Source: Lepidodermella squamata
Taxonomy: Eukaryota; Animalia; Gastrotricha
Assembly: GCA_047495785.1 (NCBI GenBank)
Contig: JBLDXI010000015.1
Location: forward strand, 4,092,001 to 4,156,000
Length of the DNA: 64,000 nucleotides
Reading direction: 5' to 3'
The position numbers were made by a program, and so were the translations under genes. This document shows, in pieces, positions 59,289-64,000 of the stretch. The first letter of the stretch is position 1. Every line of letters starts with the position of its first letter. Below the pieces are notes generated by a model. The model made no database searches. It was not told where the DNA came from and worked only from the letters and a program-made list of their open reading frames with translations.

Positions 59289-60161
59289 ATGAGCAGCCGT
59301 GAAATTTCAAGCGTAGACTACCTGTATGACGAGAATGACGAATTGATCGCGTCGGCTTTTATTAGGACCCTCCTTCTAGACAGCGCGACATCTTTGGAAC
59401 AGCCCACCAGTAGTTTCACCTGCATGGCTACGGCAGCAGGTGGGAGCGGCTCGAATCAAAAGCGGAGCAGTTCGGTGAATAGGATCGCATCGAATGCTAA
59501 CAAGGCGAAAACCAGCCAGACCTCTAGTAATTTCAACATTAATTACTCGGTTGGGTTACCTCTAGCCGACAATGCTACAACATCCGCAGCTGCTGAGGCT
59601 GACGATGTCTGTTTGAAACTCTACGGCCACGTTAGTTCCATGTTTCCAATGTTGGCGAAATTAGCGAGGCGACTATCCGCCAGTGAGCGGAAATGCCTTC
59701 AATTGCAGCTTCAGAACGAGCAGTTAACAGCTAAGCAAGAGCTAATGGCGAAGGAGGCAGAGTCAGCCCATGAAAGGATCGCAGTTCTCGAGGCGGAAAA
59801 TGAGCACTTGTGCGATCAACTGCGTCGGGAGGAGGAACTTAACAAGTCACTGGTCGAGCTGTCTTTTCGAACAATCGGCTGGCTGGATGATAAAAGCGAC
59901 GAGTTGCAGCATGAACTGCAAAATTTGATGAAAAAGCAACAGTCTGGCTCTTCGTGTTGCGATGACGATTGCACGTGTTGCGAGTTGGAGCTGGCTGCTC
60001 ATCGGGCCGAAATCGGTGATGCGAGCAGTCACCCTGCCCGGCCGTTAAGTGCAACGGATGGCACGAGTAAGCAAGTGGAGACAAATGCGACAAATAACGA
60101 CGCAAGTTGCAGTTCGGAGAGCGTAACTGTCACTAATGACTGGTTGCCAAGTGATGCGTGA
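59289..60161 (+). CDS. Unknown coiled-coil protein
   Basis: Long ORF with a heptad-rich segment (LQLQNEQL...LEAENEHL...LQHELQNL) and a CCDDDCTCC motif. Confidence 0.6.
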   Translation: MSSREISSVDYLYDENDELIASAFIRTLLLDSATSLEQPTSSFTCMATAAGGSGSNQKRSSSVNRIASNANKAKTSQTSSNFNINYSVGLPLADNATTSAAAEADDVCLKLYGHVSSMFPMLAKLARRLSASERKCLQLQLQNEQLTAKQELMAKEAESAHERIAVLEAENEHLCDQLRREEELNKSLVELSFRTIGWLDDKSDELQHELQNLMKKQQSGSSCCDDDCTCCELELAAHRAEIGDASSHPARPLSATDGTSKQVETNATNNDASCSSESVTVTNDWLPSDA

Positions 60162-60173
60162 CATCGCCATATA

Positions 60174-60338
60174 CCGTAACTCGGTGTGATTTTAGACGCA
60201 CATACTAATTGCTAAAAATCAGGTCAAAATTACCGAAATGTGCAGGAATACAAGGAATCAGCTTGCCCATCACATTCGGCTGAAATGTTGAGCATAAAGG
60301 CTGGTTTTAACCTTAGCCCTAAGTTACCCCGAGTTACG
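60174..60338. mobile_element. Short MITE with CCGTAACTCGG termini
   Basis: TA+CCGTAACTCGG ... CCGAGTTACGG. Confidence 0.65.
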
Positions 60339-60488
60339 GTCAACTGAAACTTGAAACGGATCCTATTTTCCTCATTTTTTCGTTATCTCAAATAAAACAA
60401 CGAAATGTCTCATGAATTAATTACGATTTTTATTTTTTATTGCGACAATTTTCAATAACTGTTCTTCTTACAGCTCTCTCTCGCTTTC

Positions 60489-60859
60489 TTACGCACAAAT
60501 CAAGCGGCCGGCGATGGCTTTTTTGTAGACAGCGGTAGTTTTAGGATCCGCAATGTCCCCAAGCTTTGCTGTGACGCAGCTGTTGACGAGTCTGCAGGTC
60601 TTGCCTGTTGTTGACCAAGCGAAGAAAGTACAGCGTCGACTATTCATGCAAAGACTGGCGCAATCGCCGATTGGCTTGCCAGTGTTGATCGCGACATCTT
60701 TGCTATTCAAGCAATCTTTCGTGTCTCTCGCGTAATGACCCCTAGTTTCGACGTGAACTGCATAACGCGTAAATGCTTCAATGTATGGTGAAATATTATG
60801 AAAAAATCTTACGGGGATCTATACCCAGAGTAAATTGGGCTGGCAATTTTGGAAAGCAT
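60489..60859 (-). pseudogene. PAN/apple-domain gene with deleted signal peptide and frameshift
   Basis: Exon 2 is intact (DCASLC...CTFFAWS...TC). Exon 1 (60859-60813, 47 nt) lacks the hydrophobic core seen in 62699-62621 and ends in phase 2, while the acceptor needs phase 1. Confidence 0.65.
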
Positions 60860-61237
60860 AGCGCGAATTTCAAGTTTATAGGTAAAAGTTGAAGAAAGAG
60901 AAAATTTGACAAATAATGACGAGAGAACTTTCGTAATACAGTTTCTACTATATGAGTGATAATTTTTACAAAGTGTGATAGCGCCTCTTTGGGGTAGATA
61001 ATTGATCATATGCTCTAACAGGCGCCTGCGGCTATTCGTCGATGAGTCGGCCGCAACATGTTGGAACAGCTGCAATTATTTCGCATTCTTTTACAATACG
61101 AATGAAAGAAAAAACAGCTAGTTGATTTCAAAATTTTTGCAAAATGAACACTAACTGTACTTAAAATGTTGGAGAAGTACCTATTAGTGTGAAGCAAATT
61201 TTCCTAAATTAACAAGTAAATCCCAAAACGTGTGCTG

Positions 61238-61929
61238 CCGTGGCGTGGGGTAACTTGGCCGTAAAAGTCGCCTTCTGGCCGATTTCACGCGGAGAAAAAC
61301 GTTTTTCTTAGACATTTTTTTCATAGAAACATTCCTTGCCACCTGAGCTACAACTCCCTTTTTACCGAATTCGGTAATCGTTTTTAGAATGACAAGAAAG
61401 GTCAGTATACAAACTCGTTCATTTTGGGCGCTGAGATTTTGAGCATTTATAACAAGGAATTCTGGGATCGGAGGAAAACGCCGTTTTCACAGAAAGACTT
61501 CTCTCGGTGATACCTTTCGAATGACACCTTGAACTCGGAAAACTGATGTCGCAATCGCGAGCGGTAATTACCTGAATTTTGTGGGGTAACTTGGCCGATT
61601 TTTAACGTGCGAAATGCGCCCTAAAATGTGGCCAAGACATGAGAGGGCGTGATGAATCATCGACCTAGTTTCTGCCAGATGGTTCATCGCCGAGTGAAAT
61701 AGCCACGCGGCCAAGTTACCCCACGCACCGGCCAAGTTACCCCACTTGGTCAAGATCACTTCAACCTCCACAGAATCGATTGATTTCATCGGTCGTCGAC
61801 CGGGTTTTGACCAATCGATCGAGAATGGAACGGGGATTTTTACGGTATAAAATTTAAAAAGAAACAAGTTACCAGAGACAAAAGAGGTTCAAAAAACCAT
61901 ATTTTTGGCCAAGTTACACCACAACACGG
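61238..61929. mobile_element. Non-autonomous TIR element with GGGGTAACTTGGCC subterminal and internal repeats
   Basis: CCGTGGCGTGGGGTAACTTGGCC ... GGCCAAGTTACACCACAACACGG+TA; internal copies near 61583, 61709 and 61729. Confidence 0.8.
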
Positions 61930-62296
61930 TAACGTGTAAAAAATTCAATAAACGGAGTGAGATTTCTCACATCAGATATCACAGATCACAGTTTTTATGC
62001 ATTTTTTAGGTTGTCTTTCCTTCGCCTTGCAAACAACCCAGAATGCCACAATCAAACACTCGCGGAGAAGGGCTGATTTTTTAACCTTCGTCCATGTGTA
62101 TTCGTCTATGTTACCCCGAGGTACGGCGGTATGTGCGAATGCTTTTTAAATTGATCATATTTTCATCATCTTCAAAGTAAAGCAACGAAATATAGGTATA
62201 TTCTCATGAATTTATCATGGCTTTTAATCCGACAATTTTCAGAAAACATTCTTCCTACAGTTTTCTCTCTCCCTCTCTTTCTCTCTCAAGCACAAA

Positions 62297-62699
62297 TCAA
62301 ACATGGCCACGGGACGTAAATACGTAGACAGCGGTAGTTTTAGGATCCGCAATGTCCGCTAGCTTTGCCGCGCCGCAGTTGCCTAAGACGATTCTGCAGG
62401 TGTTGCCGGTTGTTGACCAAGCGAAGAAATAACATTTAAATTTTACGCAATTAACAGAGCAATCGCCGATTGACGACACGCCACGTTGAACGACGGCATT
62501 TTTGGTGTTCGGACAGTCTTTCGTGTATCTTTCGAAATAACCCCTAGTATTGAGGAAAACTGCATAAAACAAGAAAATTCTTCAATATATTATGGTTAGA
62601 TCTTATAAAAAAATTGTTACGGGGATCATCTACCACGATACCCAGAGCAAGTTGGGCTGTCAGGGCGAACACCAGGGCGATGGCGATTTTTGATAGCAT
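62297..62699 (-). CDS. Small secreted PAN/apple-domain protein; exons 62699-62621 and 62559-62297
   Basis: Signal peptide MLSKIAIALVFALTAQLALG; DC...DCSVNC...CYFFAWS...TC PAN pattern; phase-1 intron. Confidence 0.75.
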
Positions 62700-63546
62700 A
62701 GCGCGAATTTCAACTTAGGAATAAGTTCAAGAAAGATAAAAATTTAGCAATATATAAATGAAATTACAACTTTCGCAATGGCTTTGAATGAATGATTATT
62801 ACAAAATGTGATGGCGCCTCTAGCTTTAGGGTAGATAATTTATCACCTGCTCCAACGGGTGCCTGGCTATTTGTCGATGAGTTTTGGCCGCCGTAACATG
62901 TTGGAACAGCTGCATTCCATGTACTTGTCAATTGTTTTGCCCTTTTGATACGGAAAAACATGTTTGGTGCAATTTCGAAATGTTCGCTTTTCGCAACATT
63001 GCATTACAGGAAAAAAATCGCTTGACCTTTCAATATGTTTCCAGTTCAAAATTATTAAAGTATTATTAATTATTATCAAGTTCTCTCTCAAGCATTGCTT
63101 CACTCAAGTTCATGGAGTAAATAGAAAAAATAACGGGCTTCTATTACAGCCTGGGCTACTAACAATTCAATCGTGAAATTTCAAAAAATGAATTGTCGGT
63201 GAATGGTTCATTTTTTATGTTTTTTTAGAACCGACTTGGTACCTCAACCCTGGGCTATACTAATCGATTATTTGCGACTGGGAAGGAACAAGTACGGTAA
63301 GCACGGGATTAAAAGTTTGCTCCTCTCGATCAGAACCGCATGTTGGAAGAGTATTTTATTAAGCGAACTTTAATAACGTAGGTAAATAAACTGAATCATC
63401 TGCAAATAAACCTGAGTGAAAATAAGCGGAAAAACGTAAGCGAAATGCTTGTTCGTGAAGTTGATTTAATTGAAATTGGCCTCAAGATAAATTCAAGCAA
63501 AGCCAGCCATCCGATGTGAATCTACCGCAAAATTCAACAAAGCTTT

Positions 63547-64000
63547 ATGGAGCTTTATTTCAGCTTAATTTCAGCGCTGTTTTACGCGGATTATGCACTT
63601 GGCCGAAACCCAAACTGGAACATTTCAAGGCTTCAAACGCTACTGCAACAACGCCGGGACAAAGACCACATAACGGGGCGCGACCCGCCAAAATTGAATG
63701 AACAGGATGTTATATCGTTGAACTTGACCTTCCGAGCGATGAGTTTCATTTCATTGGATGAGATACACGAAACACTCACTGTTATGCCGGACTTCGAAGT
63801 CAAATGGCAGGACTTGCTCGTCAAATGGGACGATATCAGCGAATTTGATGGTATCGATGAGCTGACTATGAGCCCGCGAAACAACTGGGTGCCTAAACTT
63901 TTACATATGAACAACGCTGAAGACATTTATGCGACGTTGAAGTACGAAAAAGAGCTCGAAACGATACATGTGCTGTCTCATGGGGTCGTCAAATTCTTCC
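63547..64000 (+). CDS. Atypical Cys-loop channel subunit, 3'-partial (absent from the ORF track because it runs off the window)
   Basis: Frame 1 reads MELYFSLISALFYADYALG...PPKLN...NLTFRAMSFISLDEIHETLTVMPDFEVKW...WVPKLLHMNNAEDIYA. Most like the 3893-5029 protein. Confidence 0.88.
   Translation, partial: MELYFSLISALFYADYALGRNPNWNISRLQTLLQQRRDKDHITGRDPPKLNEQDVISLNLTFRAMSFISLDEIHETLTVMPDFEVKWQDLLVKWDDISEFDGIDELTMSPRNNWVPKLLHMNNAEDIYATLKYEKELETIHVLSHGVVKFF

Noticed and set aside
63516-63926. ORF-track entries 63516-63701 and 63633-63926
   Set aside because: Alternative-frame and antisense shadows of the real Cys-loop CDS that starts at 63547.
1-64000. CRISPR array, rRNA or prokaryotic operon
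   Set aside because: No regularly spaced repeat-spacer array or rRNA-like sequence was seen; gene structure is eukaryotic.

Overview
Eukaryotic (invertebrate metazoan) genomic DNA with compact genes and short GT-AG introns, mostly 45-70 nt. The taxon cannot be fixed from sequence alone; an acoel or flatworm-like animal is a guess. The window is dominated by tandemly expanded membrane and secreted signalling genes. It holds: the 3' part of an RBR E3 ligase; a signal-peptide ankyrin-repeat gene; six intronless, tightly packed atypical Cys-loop receptor genes plus a seventh starting at the right edge; a small tRNA cluster; a somatomedin-B/Methuselah-like GPCR and a class A peptide-type GPCR; two single-Sushi secreted proteins ending in amidation-type tails; two tandem 9-exon Cys-loop channels with two large N-terminal beta-rich repeats and a mucin stalk; about 12 divergent CD225/dispanin-like genes; two tandem Ebony-type NRPS-like genes; PAN/apple-domain genes; and several non-autonomous TIR elements. 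Exon models were built by hand from splice sites and frame continuity and have no transcript support. The most unusual items are the lectin-like/mucin/Cys-loop fusion channels, the non-cholinergic Cys-loop array with operon-like spacing, and the duplicated Ebony-like synthetases with a homogenised A-domain core but diverged amine-acceptor domains.
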